Of a stretch of DNA of 64,000 nt, positions 12,240-24,620 are shown piece after piece (position 1 is the stretch's first letter; each line of letters starts with the position of its first letter). The stretch comes from Heterodontus francisci (Eukaryota): positions 49,161,749 to 49,225,748 of the forward strand of contig NC_090405.1 in assembly GCF_036365525.1 (NCBI RefSeq). The letters are read 5' to 3'. The notes beneath the pieces were generated by a model. It did not search any database and was not told the DNA's origin. It saw nothing but the letters and a program-made list of their open reading frames with translations. Position numbers and translations under genes: made by a program.

Positions 12240-13520
12240 CAATCCATTTTGGTGGACTGTCTTATCTTGGTGAAACTTTGCTCATGGTTGTGAAGGCCAT
12301 TCCTTGAGAGACAGGTTTTGCCACCAGTGCCATACATGAAGCTGCCAACTAACACTGAGAGTTATTGTTTTCGGCGTTGGCACCTGTTGCCAAGCTGCTG
12401 TCGGCACTAGTTATCATGGTAGTACACACCAGTAAGGCTTCCGCTGCTATGTCCAGACTGGCCAAGAGAGTGTGGGAAAATGGCGCACTGACACGGAACA
12501 CAAAAGTCCGAGTGTATCAGGCCTGTGTCCTCAGTACCTTGCTCTACGGCAGCGAGGCCTGGACAACGTATGCCAGCCAAGAGCGACGTCTCAATTCATT
12601 CCATCTTCGCTGCCTTCGGAGAATACTTGGCATCAGGTGGCAGGACTATATCTCCAACACAGAAGTCCTTGAAGCGGCCAACACCCCCAGCTTATACACA
12701 CTACTGAGTCAGCGGCGCTTGAGATGGCTTGGCCATGTGAGCCGCATGGAAGATGGCAGGATCCCCAAAGACACATTGTACAGCGAGTTCGCCACTGGTA
12801 TCAGACCCACCGGCCGTCCATGTCTCCGTTATAAAGACGTCTGCAAACGCGACATGAAATCGTGTGACATTGATCACAAGTCGTGGGAGTCAGTTGCCAG
12901 CATTCGCCAGAGCTGGCGGGCAGCCATAAAGACAGGGCTAAATTGTGGCGAGTCGAAGAGACTTAGTAGTTGGCAGGAAAAAAGACAGAGGCGCAAGGGG
13001 AGAGCCAACTGTGCAACAGCCCCAACAAACAAATTTCTCTGCAGCACCTGTGGAAGAGCCTGTCACTCCAGAATTGGCCTTTATAGCCACTCCAGGCGCT
13101 GCTTCACAAACCACTGACCACCTCCAGGCGCGTATCCATTGTCTCTCGAGATAAGGAGGCCCAAAAGAAGAAAAAAAGAAAGAACACACCAGTCCACAGG
13201 ATGTGTCGCCATTTCTCTCTTTCACCAGCTAGTGACTCCCACGTTTAGGGTTTTCATGTTACACTTGCAAGCATCCTTGAAGCAGAGCTTGGGCACCCCA
13301 CCGGTTGTCTGATGCCGGATACCTCACCATACAGAAGGTCCCTGGGCATGCAACCGTCTTCTATCCTGCGGATGTGTCCAATCCACCAAAGCCGCTTCTG
13401 TTTGAAGAGTGCCAACACACTATGCAGCTCTGCCTTTGAGATTTTGTCCTGCCAGGATATACCCATAATGCGGCGCCGACAGTGAAGATGGAAATTATCT
13501 ACAAGCTGGCTCGCTTGGAG
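12240..13520 (-). mobile_element. Older RTE-clade fragment split by the RTE at 12434
   Basis: Minus ORF piece (NFHLHCRRRIMGISWQDKI, RLWWIGHIRRIEDG, DLLYGE). Sequence is continuous across the younger insertion and matches the plus-strand copy at 27184-27730. Confidence 0.75.
12434..13183 (+). mobile_element. RTE-clade LINE, 5'-truncated, young; 10-bp TSD
   Basis: Uninterrupted ORF C-terminus (YQACVLSTLLYGSEAW, RLRWLGHVSRM, CSTCGRACHSRIGLYSH). TSD acacaccagt at 12424-12433 and 13184-13193. Confidence 0.92.
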
Positions 13521-14074
13521 TTTTAGAAAAATATTGGGTTTGCACAACTTGCTCTATCTGCGCATTTGTGGGCCTTTGTAACCCCTCAGCGGGTATTAAA
13601 TGGTGGAGCAGGCTCAAGGGGCCATTTGGTCTACTCCTGCCCTTATTCCTTATGTTATGTATACATCTCTGTTCTCAGTCTTCAATAGAGATTTCAAAGA
13701 AGGAAACACCTACCATATAACATTTCAAATTGATCTAATTTACTCAAACGTTACTGACATCCACTGCAAGATTTAACTACAAATCTCGACATTGCTGGCA
13801 ATCTTAGCCATGATATTAACAGATTACAGCATCTGAAGTTCCAAATTAACCAACTTTAATTATGCAATTAAACAGCCTTTTGTGCCGTCAAACTTATTAT
13901 GCTACTGTTATTTTACATTTCTTATTAATAATTCTATATGCAATTAATACATTTTAAAGCCTATTCAGCTCTCCAGGATAAGGGGTCGACCATTTTGGAC
14001 AGAGATGAGGAGAAATTTCTGCAAAGGCTTGTGAATCTTTGGAATGCTCTATCACAGAGGGCTGTGAATGCTAA

Positions 14075-15490
14075 GAGTCATTTTGCAGCTCAGAAGGAAG
14101 CCATTCAGCCCATCGAGTCCATGCCAGCTCTCCACAGAGCTATTCATTCAGTCTCACTCTTCCGCTCGATCCCCGTAGCCCTGCAAGTTTATTTCCTTGA
14201 AATGGCCATCCATTGATTCAAGTCTTTGATTGTCTCCGTTTCTACCACCCTGTGGACAACGGGTTCCAGGTCATTATTGCCTACTGCTTAAAAAGGTTCT
14301 TCCTCATGTTGCCCCTGCATCTCTTGCCCAAAACCTTGAATCCATGTCACTTAGTCCTTGAACCATTAGTTAATGGGAACAGTTTTTCCTTGGTTAACTT
14401 ATCTAAGCCTGTCATAATCTTGTACACTTCTGTTAAATCTCTCCTCAATCTCCTTTGTTCTAAGGAGAACAAACCCAATTTTTCCAACCTAAACCTTATA
14501 ACTAAAATCCCTCATCCCCGGAATCATTCTGGTAAATCTCCTCTGCGCCCTCTCAAGGACCCTTGCATCTTTCCTAAAGTGTGGAGACCAGAACTAGACG
14601 CAATACTCCAGTTGGGGCCTAACTAGAGTTTTTATAAAGGTTCAGCATAACTTCCCTGCTTTTGTACTCAATGCTTCTATTTATGAATCCCAAGATCCCA
14701 TGTGCTTTACTAACCACTCTCTCAATATGTCCTGCTATCCTCAAAGATCAATGCACATGAACCCCCAAGTCCTTCTGCTCCTGCACACTCTTTAGAACTG
14801 TGCCATTAAATATATATTGCCTCTCTCTATTTCTTCTGTCAAATTGCATCACCTCACACTTGCAGGTATTAAATTCCATTTGTCACCTTTTTGTCCAGTC
14901 TGCTCATCTTTGTCCTGTTGCAGGCAGTTCATATCATTAACTCTGTTCGCCACACCTCCAAAAGTGGTGTCATCAGCAAATCTTGAGATTCTATTCTTTA
15001 TTCCAAGATCCAAGTCATTTATATATAGAAAAATAAGCAGTGTTCCCAGCAGTGACCCTTGGGACACACCACTGTCTACCATCCTCCAGTCTGGAAAACA
15101 ACCATTTACTACAACTCGCTGTTTTCTGCCCTGAAGCCAATTTTTTATCCAAGCTGACACTAACCCTCCTATTCCATGAGCCTCAATTTTGTTAATCGGT
15201 CTTTTATGTGGTAGTTTATCAAATGCTTTCTTAAAATCTATATAAACAGCATCCACTATATTCCCTTCATCAACTTTCTCTGTTACTTCATCAAAAAAAA
15301 TCAATTAGATTAGTCAAGAGGATCTGCCTTTTGTAAATCCATGCTGGCTGTCCTTTATTAAATCAAAACTCTTCAAGTGCATGTTGATTTTTTTTCTCTG
15401 ATTATTGTTTCTAAAACCTTACCCACCACTGATGTTAAACTAACTGGCCTGTAGTTGCTATGGCTGTCCTTACACCCTTTCTTGAGTGAA
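14075..15490 (-). mobile_element. CR1-group LINE fragment
   Basis: Minus-strand RT motifs (YIDFKKAFD, GVSQGSLLG, FADD) followed by the ORF2 C-terminus and tail. Confidence 0.88.
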
Positions 15491-18412
15491 GTATATTTGA
15501 GACCGAGATCGATAGGCTTTTGGGCATTCAAGGAATCAAGGGTTATGGGGATAGAGCAGGAAAGTGGAATTGATACAGAAGATCAGCCATGATCATGCTG
15601 AATGGCACAACAGGCTCTAAGGGCCATATGGCCTACTCCCGCTCCTATTTCTGATCTCCACATTTAAAAATCAAAAAAAATTTGCACTGGCCTACTGAAG
15701 TTGCTCTGCCAGCAGAAATAAAGAAAAACAAGGATGCAAGTAACAAGCAAATATCTACAAGGCTTAAATATGCACATAACCAAAGCTTCACCACACAACA
15801 GATAAGGTTCAGCAAGATCACAAGGGCTCAAGAAATGCAAACACCACAAACCAGCATACAAGAAATATGAGTAATAGAATGGAGTTAACTTGTGGGCTCA
15901 GCTGCCATGGCGTGCAGAATGAATATCACCCACAGTCTACAGCTTGGACACCAGGACTTACATGGTTGAGAAGAGTGCAATACGCTCCATCTAATCTCAC
16001 ATTTAAAGAATGGATAGTTAGGGATGTTACTAGAGTGTGGCTGTATGCATAGAACTGTATATCAGCAACTACCAGCGTCTGCAGGAGACAAGAGAATGAA
16101 AGTGGAGGGCTGGGTGGGGGGGTGGGGGGTGAAGTAAGTAAAACATGATCAAAAGGAACCAAGGCACAAATAAAAAAAAACTGTTGGAAAGCTTTTAAAA
16201 AAAGACGTAAATCCTGCATAATATACCCAAGAACATTCAAGGCTCCAAACTTCAGTCACAATGTCAGCAACAAAATTGTTTCTTTACTGTAACGCCAAAC
16301 TATTTTAACGTTTAAGCTGTAAGCCTGGTCACCTGTTCTATATCAGGCAAACAAATAACCCGTTCTTTACTTCAGGCGGTAACAGGCATAACATATCCTT
16401 CACCCAAAACACCAAAGTTACTGCAACTCTCATTCTGGAACAATATAAAACTACAAACATTTATTGACGGTGGTGAAAGGTCAAGAGGAACCTGCAGAAA
16501 AGCTGTCAGCTGTTGACTGACTACTAAGTTCTCAGAAGAGAGCGTTTGATCCTCCCAGCACATAGACAAAAAAGTACGTACAGAAAAAAAGTAGAGCCTA
16601 TAAGTGGGTTCTTCAGTATTCTCTTCCACCGACATACTTCAATCCTGTCAAACTACAGTAAAGGACACACACTGTACCATTACTAAAATATACCGTGCTT
16701 AATGACACGATCATCTGACAAAGCAAAAATAGACCCCTTTCCACCCCGCTTAGCTGTCCAGCTATGTCTGCTTCCTCCTAATGATACAAACAGAAGTTCT
16801 TCTGGAAAGACACACAGACAATGTGACCTTCAGTCCTGCATGCTTCTTGAATTATAATCGCTCTGAAGATATGGTGACCACCAGATCTGCATGTTTGGCA
16901 CTGTGGAGAGGAATTATTCCAGCAGTGTTGCATGGTTACGGCAATCATTAAATCATGGTACTATTCACAAACGAACTGCCCTCAACATTACCAATGGTTA
17001 GCTCTCAAACTAATTACATTCTCCTGTTTGCACGGGGAAATGGCGAATTAGCATACCTACTCAAGTTGAGTCAGCTGCTTTCCCCTGCATTGTTAGAAAT
17101 CAGCACAAATCAAATATATAAAGTAATCACAGAACTGCTGGTAGTCTATAAGAACAAGTTTAAGAGTTGAACCCTGATTTAATATTTTAAGATCTCTAAA
17201 CATTTTTGGGAGTCCACAATATCAATGGAACTTTCTGAACTGAAGGTACAATTCTGCAGTAAAGGATTCAGTTCTAGGGTAATCTTTAATATGGTCCCAC
17301 TTTCAAATATCAAGGAGAATGAGCTTAAAGTCAAGAGCTTTACCATTGACTTACAATGTACCTATCCTTCAAAACAACACCACGTTACTGGATTCACCAT
17401 ACTGCAACAATATAGAACTCCAAATGTAGCCAGAGTTCAAGGGGACTCTGCAGCAAAGCAGACATTCTGCTCGTCCACCAATGGCTGACAAAGATTTTTA
17501 GCTGATTTTTTCCAGTATACAAAATAGTGTTGGGGCAGTACCACTTTACACACAGAACATACAGGCCTGGTGATTACCAGCTCATCAGAACCCTGGCTAA
17601 GGAACACGTCCTAGGCCACCTGGTTTAGCACAGGTTCCAATGACTATTAGATCAATGCACAGTACATTTGACAAGAGGGATGGGGGCACCCAAACTGTCA
17701 ACATTGTCAGATGTGTACAAAATTTTACTTTTAAGTTTACCTCCCAATTGCTCACAAAGCACAATTTAAAAATACCTGCCCTCTAATTTTCTGTTTCTCC
17801 CTTATTTGTTTTCTCATACTAGTTTTTACTACTTCCTCTTAAACTGAACCTGTTTGACACTGGCTGCTAAGATTTGCCACTTGAATATTCTCCCACTGCT
17901 TCTTCATGGTCTTTATTTTTCCAATCATTCACGAACCTCAACTCCTGCATGTCATTGTTGGTTAATTTCTGTCACTCAAGATCTAGTGACCAGTCTTCCG
18001 TATCGCCCCAGGTCATGTTCATGATTTCATGCCTCTCTGATTATCAACCTCCTGTGTTTTGCTCTACTTTTAGCGCCAACAAAACACAATCCCATAAATC
18101 AATCCCAACAAATTAAACACTGCTCAGATACCGCAGTGGAAAGAAAGACGTGAAACAAACAGCCCAGGACATCAACAATGATATAAATGAACAAATTCTG
18201 ACATTAATATGCTCAGGAAGCTTCTTGGGCAGATACCTACTTGCAGGAGACACACCTTGCCATTGTGTTCTATATTAGCTGTGAATCTGAGGTTTTCACT
18301 GTAGCCTTTTGCTCTATTTCTCTATCAACTGTTTCAACGACAAAGCCGGCTAAGCAAGGTCTTTTTTTTTATATTTGCGATTGCAGTGAGGGATATCAGT
18401 GTTGGCACCAAA

Positions 18413-18741
18413 GCGGCACAGTGGCGCAGTGGTTAGCACCGCAGCCTCACAGCTCCAGGGACCCGGGTTCAATTCTGGGTACTGCCTGTGCGGAGTTTGC
18501 AAGTTCTCCCTGTGACCGCGTGGGTTTCCGCCGGGTGCCCCAGTTTCCTTCCACAGCCAAAGACTTGCAGGTTGATAGGTAAATTGGCCACTGTAAATTG
18601 CCTCTAGTGTAGGTAGGTAGGTGGGGATGTGGTAGGGAATATGGGATTAATGTAGAATTAGTATAAATGGGTGGTTGTTGGTCGGCACAGACTCGGTGGG
18701 TCGAAGGGCCTGTTTCAGTGTTGTACCTCTCTATGACTCTG
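18413..18741 (+). mobile_element. V-SINE (HE1-type)
   Basis: tRNA-like head (TGGCGCAGTGG...GGTTCAATTC), V-domain-like gtgggtttccgccgggtgcccc...tttccttccac, and a CR1-like tail gaagggcctgtttcagtg. Confidence 0.88.
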
Positions 18742-18854
18742 ATTCCTGATCAGCTAATGCACTGCAAAGATCCCAGCACTCTGCACCAAGTGCATTCTTT
18801 ACTGCATCAGTAGAACATATTTTTCCATTTTTCACACCAACCACCCTTAAAAAA

Positions 18855-19277
18855 AAAAGACATATTTGTATAGCACTTTAAGACCTCGGGACGTCCCAAA
18901 ATGAACTGAAGTCAATAAAGTACTTTGGAAGTGTAGTCACTACTGTAACTTAGGTAACACGGCAGCCAATTTGCACACAGAAAGCTCCCACAAACAGCAA
19001 TGCGTTAATCACCAAGTAGTCTGTTTTAGTGACGTCAGTTCAAGAATGAATATTCACCAGGACTGGAGAGAACTCTCTTGCTAATAGTACCACAAGATCT
19101 TTACCATCTCAGCTGAAAGACGGCACCAACTCGCCCCCTCCCCCACCACCCCTGTCCATGTAGCACACACCCTCAATACTGCACTGAAGTCTCAGACTAG
19201 ATTTTGAGCTCAAGTCTTTGAAATGGGACTTGAATCCACAAACTTCAGGAGGCAAGAATGCTGCCACTGAGCCACTA
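18855..19277 (-). mobile_element. DeuSINE (SacSINE1/AmnSINE-like)
   Basis: Reverse complement matches the copy at 29921-30303: tRNA-like head, cagtgcagtattgagg core, gtgcaaattggctgcc, and ttgggacgtcc...tataaat tail. Confidence 0.75.
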
Positions 19278-19284
19278 GGTTTAA

Positions 19285-19633
19285 AGGCTGGCTCTTGTCT
19301 GCAAATGAACCCTGGCCCGAGCCCAACAGAACTACGTCCAACCCGAGCTCGACCTGGCCCGAGTCCTTTCATTTTGCCCGCGTCCGACCCAACCACCTGA
19401 ATGTTCAGTTAACCTAGCTTCCGTTTTTCACTTTTTAAGATTGTGCAGATAAACAACAAAAACTGTAACCGGACTTGAAAGGTTGCTTAAAAAGTACATT
19501 AAGATTGCAGCCACGTACCGGAGGTGGTGATAGTGTGTGTCCGACCCAACCCGAGCCCGAATGCCGGACCTGGAAGAGCAATCCGACCCAAACCGGACAC
19601 GTCATCGGGTTCAGGTTGGGTAGCCATGCTCTA
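19285..19633. mobile_element. Probable non-autonomous DNA transposon (hAT-like) with CCCGA subterminal repeats
   Basis: Repeated cccga/ccgacc/acccga motifs, their inverse (tcgggtt) at the right end, and a terminus ...ccatgctcta. Left terminus unclear. Confidence 0.45.
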
Positions 19634-20074
19634 ACTACGTTCTCATCGGGTTCTTATGAAAGGTCATCAACCTGAAACATTAACTCTGTTTCTCTCTCTC
19701 TCTCTCTCCACAGATGCTGCCTGAGCTGCTGAGTATTTCCAGCATTTTCTGTTTCTATCTGGTCATTTATATTGTTGCTACATTACAACAGTGACTATAC
19801 ATTAAACGTACTTTACTGGCTGAGGTTGAAGATGGTGCTACACATCTGCAAGGTCTTTCAACATAGGACCATAATATTAAAAAGAAATCTATTGGTTAAA
19901 CATCTTCAAAGCAATAAAATACTGATTGAGTTTATCGAACACTATGTTCCTGCTAACTAAAGTCTATTGTCATCAACAACTATGCATTGCTACTTTGTCA
20001 CTTGCCTTCAGAGTTGCTTTGAAAGGACCACAATGCACTATTCTGTCATCAGTGTACATGTAGCAATAAATTAT

Positions 20075-20478
20075 AAAGAAAAAAATTAACTTATATGGAA
20101 CCTTTCACATCCTCAGGACACCCCAAAGCACTTTACAGCCAAAAACTTCTAAAGTGTGGTCATTCTTGTAATGTAGGAAACGCCACAAACAATGTGATAA
20201 TGGCCAGGTGGTCTTTTTTATGATGTTGATTGAGAGATAAATATTGGACAGGATACCAGGGATGACTCACTTGCTCTTCTTCAAAATAGTACCACCGGAT
20301 CTTTTACATCCACCCGAGAGGGGAAACAGTTTAATGCCTCATTCTAAAGACAGCATCTCCGACAGTGCTGCACTCCCTCAGTATTGCACTCGAGTGTCAG
20401 CTTAGCTTTTTGAGCTCAAGTCTCTGGAACGCACAACCTGCTTTCTCAGAGGTGAGAGTGCCACCAACTGAGCCATGT
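20075..20478 (-). mobile_element. DeuSINE (SacSINE1/AmnSINE-like)
   Basis: Same family as 29921-30303, in reverse orientation. Confidence 0.75.
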
Positions 20479-20829
20479 CTGACACTCCAACAAGGCAGCA
20501 GCAGAAGGGTTACAACTGACCTTGGACTAGAGAAGCGAAACATTAGCTAGGGCTCCCATACCTCCCCCCGCACTCCCCCACCTTCCTCCGCACTCCCCCA
20601 CCCCACTGCAACACCAACCAAGAATGTGGATGCCAAAGACAGAGACAGCATTTATTGCCCGGAGAAGGTGGCATTGGTGTTCTTGAAGCACTACAGTTGT
20701 AGTGGATTTGATACAACAGAGCTTGCTTATTTCTCTTCATACTAGCCTGCAGTTGCACTTTACCATCTCTACTGCCTCAACATTCTAAGCAACCCACAAA
20801 AATCAGTTGTACCATTTTAATCAAAGTTG

Positions 20830-21310
20830 CAGAGTCAATACGACATAGAAGGAGGCCATTTGGCTCATCAAGTCTATACTGGCTCTCCGTACAGCAATCC
20901 AGTCAGTCCCATGTCCCCTCCTCCATCCCCATGGCCCTGCATGTTTATTTCTCTCAAGTTCCCATCCAATTTCCTTTTGAAATCAATGTCTCTGCTTCCA
21001 CTACCCTCGTAGGCAGTGAGTTCCAAGACATTACCACTCACTGCATAAAAAAGTTCTTCCTCACATTCCCCTCTGCATCTCTTGCCCAAATTCTTCAATC
21101 TGTGTCCCCTAGTCCTTGGACCATCAACTAATGAGAATGCCTTGCTTTATCTACCTTATCCAAACCTGTCATTATCTTGTACACTTCTATGAAATCCCCC
21201 TTCAATCTCCTTTGCTCCAAGGGGAACAACCCCAGCTTCTCCAACCTAACCTTGAAGTTAAAATCCCTCATCTCTGGAACCATTCTGACAAATCTCCTTT
21301 GCACCCACTC
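20830..21310 (-). mobile_element. CR1-group LINE 3' fragment
   Basis: Minus-strand FKRKLD motif, ORF2 C-terminus and tail. Confidence 0.8.
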
Positions 21311-21529
21311 AAATCCTATTTACTTTGCATTTCTGTGGCTTATTCTTGGTAATTACTACCTTCAGAATGGGTTATTCTCCCGCTCAAATACACACTGGAG
21401 CAATAGATTGCTATTTCCATCATACGGTTTACTTTTAGGGATCCAAAAATGACCATTCCAACCCCAAGTGAGCAAGAATGAAGTGAATGTAAACGGCTGA
21501 GAAGTGGATTGATATGCAAACCAAATTCC

Positions 21530-21900
21530 AATTCCTGGGACATGGGCCTCACTGGTGAGGTTGGCATCCATGCATTCATCATCCATCAATAGTTACCTTG
21601 ATAAGGTGGTGGTGGGCCACTTTGGAGAGCGGTTAAGAATCATCTACATTGGTGTAGGACAGGAGTCACATATAGGCCAGACCTGGCAAGTGTGGCAGAT
21701 TTCCAGGCCAAAATGACTTTAGAGAACCAGTTGGGCTTTTATGACAATTTGACAGCTTTAATCACATACTTTTCATTTCCAGAATTTTTTTTATTATAAC
21801 TTAAAATTCGCATACCGGCATGATGGGATTCAAACTCTCATTCTCCAGATTATTGGCCCAGGCCTCAGGATTACTCATCAAGTAACATACCACTACATAC
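21530..21900 (-). mobile_element. Degenerate SINE of the 8470/38040 family
   Basis: Core ggagtcacatataggccagacc...ggcagatttcc, head remnant gggattcaaactc...actac, and tail remnant ccttgataaggtggtggtg. Confidence 0.6.
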
Positions 21901-22478
21901 CGTAGCTCTATCCAATGACTCCGGTTGGTAAATCCAATTAAGTGGACAATAGCCTACTTTTATATATAGTGGCATGGCAAAATGATAAAAAGCACTTCAC
22001 AAGAAAATGGGAATAAATCCAAAAAGCATGCAGCAATAGAGAAAACTTTTAATAGGATTCTGCACATGGGAGAAGATAGAGCCAAGCAGATGAGTTTGTG
22101 GAGAGCTGGAGCATGACAGCAAAAGGCTTTGGCATCAATATGGTACAAAAGGATGGAAGCATGGAACTGTCAACAGAAGGGAGCGTATGCACGATTGGAT
22201 GAAGGCCTGGGGGAGGCTGCAGAGAGCAGAGCTAGGGAAGGACTTGACGTAAAAATAATGAGGTCCATGCTGATGTAAGGTACAGATCATGGGCTATAAT
22301 GCAGCTCACAAAATCACCTACCGATGCTCGCCATCAAGGCTGGCACATGAAGTCCAGTCACTTGACCAAAGCAGCCAGCAAGAGGAACACATGACTTTGG
22401 ACCTATCATTACCTGGTCATGACGGTTTCGCTGTTTGTGGGAGCTTACAGTGTGCAAATTGACTGCTGTGTTCCCTGT

Positions 22479-22834
22479 GGGGCGGCACAGTGGCGCAGTG
22501 GTTAGCACCGCAGCCTCACAGCTCCAGCGACCCGGGTTCAATTCTGGGTACTGCCTGTGTGGAGTTTGCAAGTTCTCCCTGTGTCTGCGTGGGTTTCCTC
22601 CGGGTGCTCCTGTTTCCTCCCACATGCCAAAGACTTGCAGGTTGATAGGTTAATTGGCCATTATAAATTGCCCCTAGTATAGGTAGGTGGTAGGGAAATA
22701 TAGGAACAGGTGGGGATGTGGTAGGAATATGGAATTAGTGTAGGATTAGTATAAATGGGTGGTTGTTGGTTGGCACAGACTCGGTGGGCCTAAGGGCCTG
22801 TTTCAGTGCTGTATCTCTAAACTAAACTAAACAA
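22479..22834 (+). mobile_element. V-SINE (HE1-type), full length, inserted in a DeuSINE tail
   Basis: A and B boxes, V domain, (taaac)n tail. The DeuSINE sequence gtgcaaattgactgctgtgttcc resumes after it as ttacaac...gactgcacttc. Confidence 0.9.
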
Positions 22835-23267
22835 ACCTTACAACTTTGACTGCACTTCCAAGGTACTTGATTTGGCCACAGACTCGGTGGGCCTAAGGGC
22901 CTGTTTCAGTGCTGTATCTCTAAACTAAACTAAACAAACCTTACAACTTTGACTGCACTTCCAAGGTACTTGATTTGGCTGTAAAGCACTTTTGGACGTC
23001 CTGAGGTCAAGAAAGGCACTGGATAAATGCAAGACTCTTTTTTTTACCCAAAGCTCTCCATCGCTGGGAGATTTATCACTTCATGCCTGTATCTGTTGTA
23101 GACTAATAGTAGAGATTGATTGCTATGATTGGTCAACAACTCTGTTATGGTTGCAAAGTTCAACAAAGGAAGCTTGTTAAGAAGCTGGAAGCCCATGGAA
23201 TTATGTGAAAAGAAGTGTTATTGATACAGAATTGGCTCAGTGACAGGAAGCAGAGGTGTTTTTTATT

Positions 23268-23584
23268 GATTTAGAGATACAGCACTGAAACAGGCCCTTC
23301 GGCCCACCGAGTCTGTGCCAACCAACAACCACCCATTTATACTAATCCTACATTAATCCCCTATTTCCTACCACATCCCCACCATTCTCCTACCACCTAC
23401 ACTAGCGGCAATTTACAATGGCCAAATTACCCATCAACCGTGCAAGTCTTTGGCTGTGGGAGGAAACCGGAGCACCCGGAGGAAACCCACGCGGTCACAG
23501 GGAGAACTTGCAAACTCCGCACAGGCAGTGCCCAGAACCGAACCCGGGTTGCTCGAGCTGTGAGGCTGCGGTGCTAACCACTGC
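23268..23584 (-). mobile_element. V-SINE (HE1-type)
   Basis: Reverse complement of the 22479 copy, with variant positions. Confidence 0.9.
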
Positions 23585-23949
23585 ATTCTACTATTCCACA
23601 AAATAATTTTAAAAGGCAGTAGGACAGGTAGTTGAGAACGAGGAACTCGTAGGGTTACGGATGAAAAGCAGGAATGTAGAACAACTGCTCTTTCAAAGAA
23701 CCAGAACAGGCACGACGGGCCGAATGGCCCAATTCTATGCTGTTCGTTTCCCTGATTCTATGTACCAGGATGGTGGAAGAAGAACTGGATAGATTATAAA
23801 TTAGGAATTCCTTTTGTTCCCAACAGTGGGTTGGCTTCAGGAGAGGAGGAGATGAATAATAAGCAGCTGCATTGATTTGTACGGCCTCCAAGACTGAAAG
23901 AAAACCCACAAGAGCAGCACAATGCCCCCCCTCCCCCCTTTTGCCGCAC

Positions 23950-24183
23950 CTTAGAATTGCCGCTACCCGCCGGGCTCTTGCCTTTGCCCCCGTACGAGGA
24001 TCCTGAGCTGCCGCTGCCCGATCGCTCCCGTTCATCGCCTGCAGGCCCCATTTTCTGCCCGGGCCTGTCCCGGGGCTCGGCGCCGGCTCCGGGCTGCCGC
24101 TGCCCGCTCCGCTCACGCCCGTCGCCGCCACCTAGAAAAGCCGGCGCAAACTCCCTCCGCCTGCTCCTCGACTCCTTGGACAT
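23950..24183 (-). CDS. SCAPER: First coding exon (78 codons, MSKESRSRRREFAPAFLG...GNSK), probably SCAPER
   Basis: ATG with A at -3 (aaaATGtcc) inside a CpG island; phase-0 donor AAG|gtgcgg at 23950/23949. Gene identity is inferred only from head-to-head position with RCN2 and PSTPIP1; no recognisable downstream SCAPER exon was found in the window. Confidence 0.6.
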
Positions 24184-24620
24184 TTTCTCTCGCTTTAATA
24201 TTACATCGATTTTTTTTTTTGTGGTGGGAATAAATAGAAATATTCCTCGTTTCTTTATTAAAATTGCCTCAGTTTAATGACAACAAAACAGCGGTCGGCT
24301 CATTGACAGCCGCGCAACCAAACTCGACGCCGGAAACATCCCCGCCCCGAGTGCTGACTGACAACCGCATCGACCAGCCGCGTCCGCCATCCGGCGCCGA
24401 TCCCGCCCATCGGGCCCAATCAGCCCCGCCCACTATAGGGCGGGGCTTAAACTGGGCAAGCAGGTTCGGTTGCAGTGGCGCTGTCAAGCAACGCAGCAAA
24501 CAGAGGCCGCTCTCTGATTGGTCGGATCGGGGTTCCCCTACCCGGCGGGCCTTGCGGGCCGACCCACTCAAATTGGAGGCGGGAAAGCGAGGACTGGACA
24601 TAGGGAGAGGGGTGGCAATG
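24184..24620 (-). promoter_or_regulatory. CpG-island promoter and 5' UTR of the minus-strand gene
   Basis: High CpG density in an otherwise CpG-poor window; several GC boxes (ccgccc, gggcgggg), CCAAT boxes (cccaatcag ~24414, ctgattgg ~24514) and an ETS core ccggaa ~24330. Confidence 0.8.
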
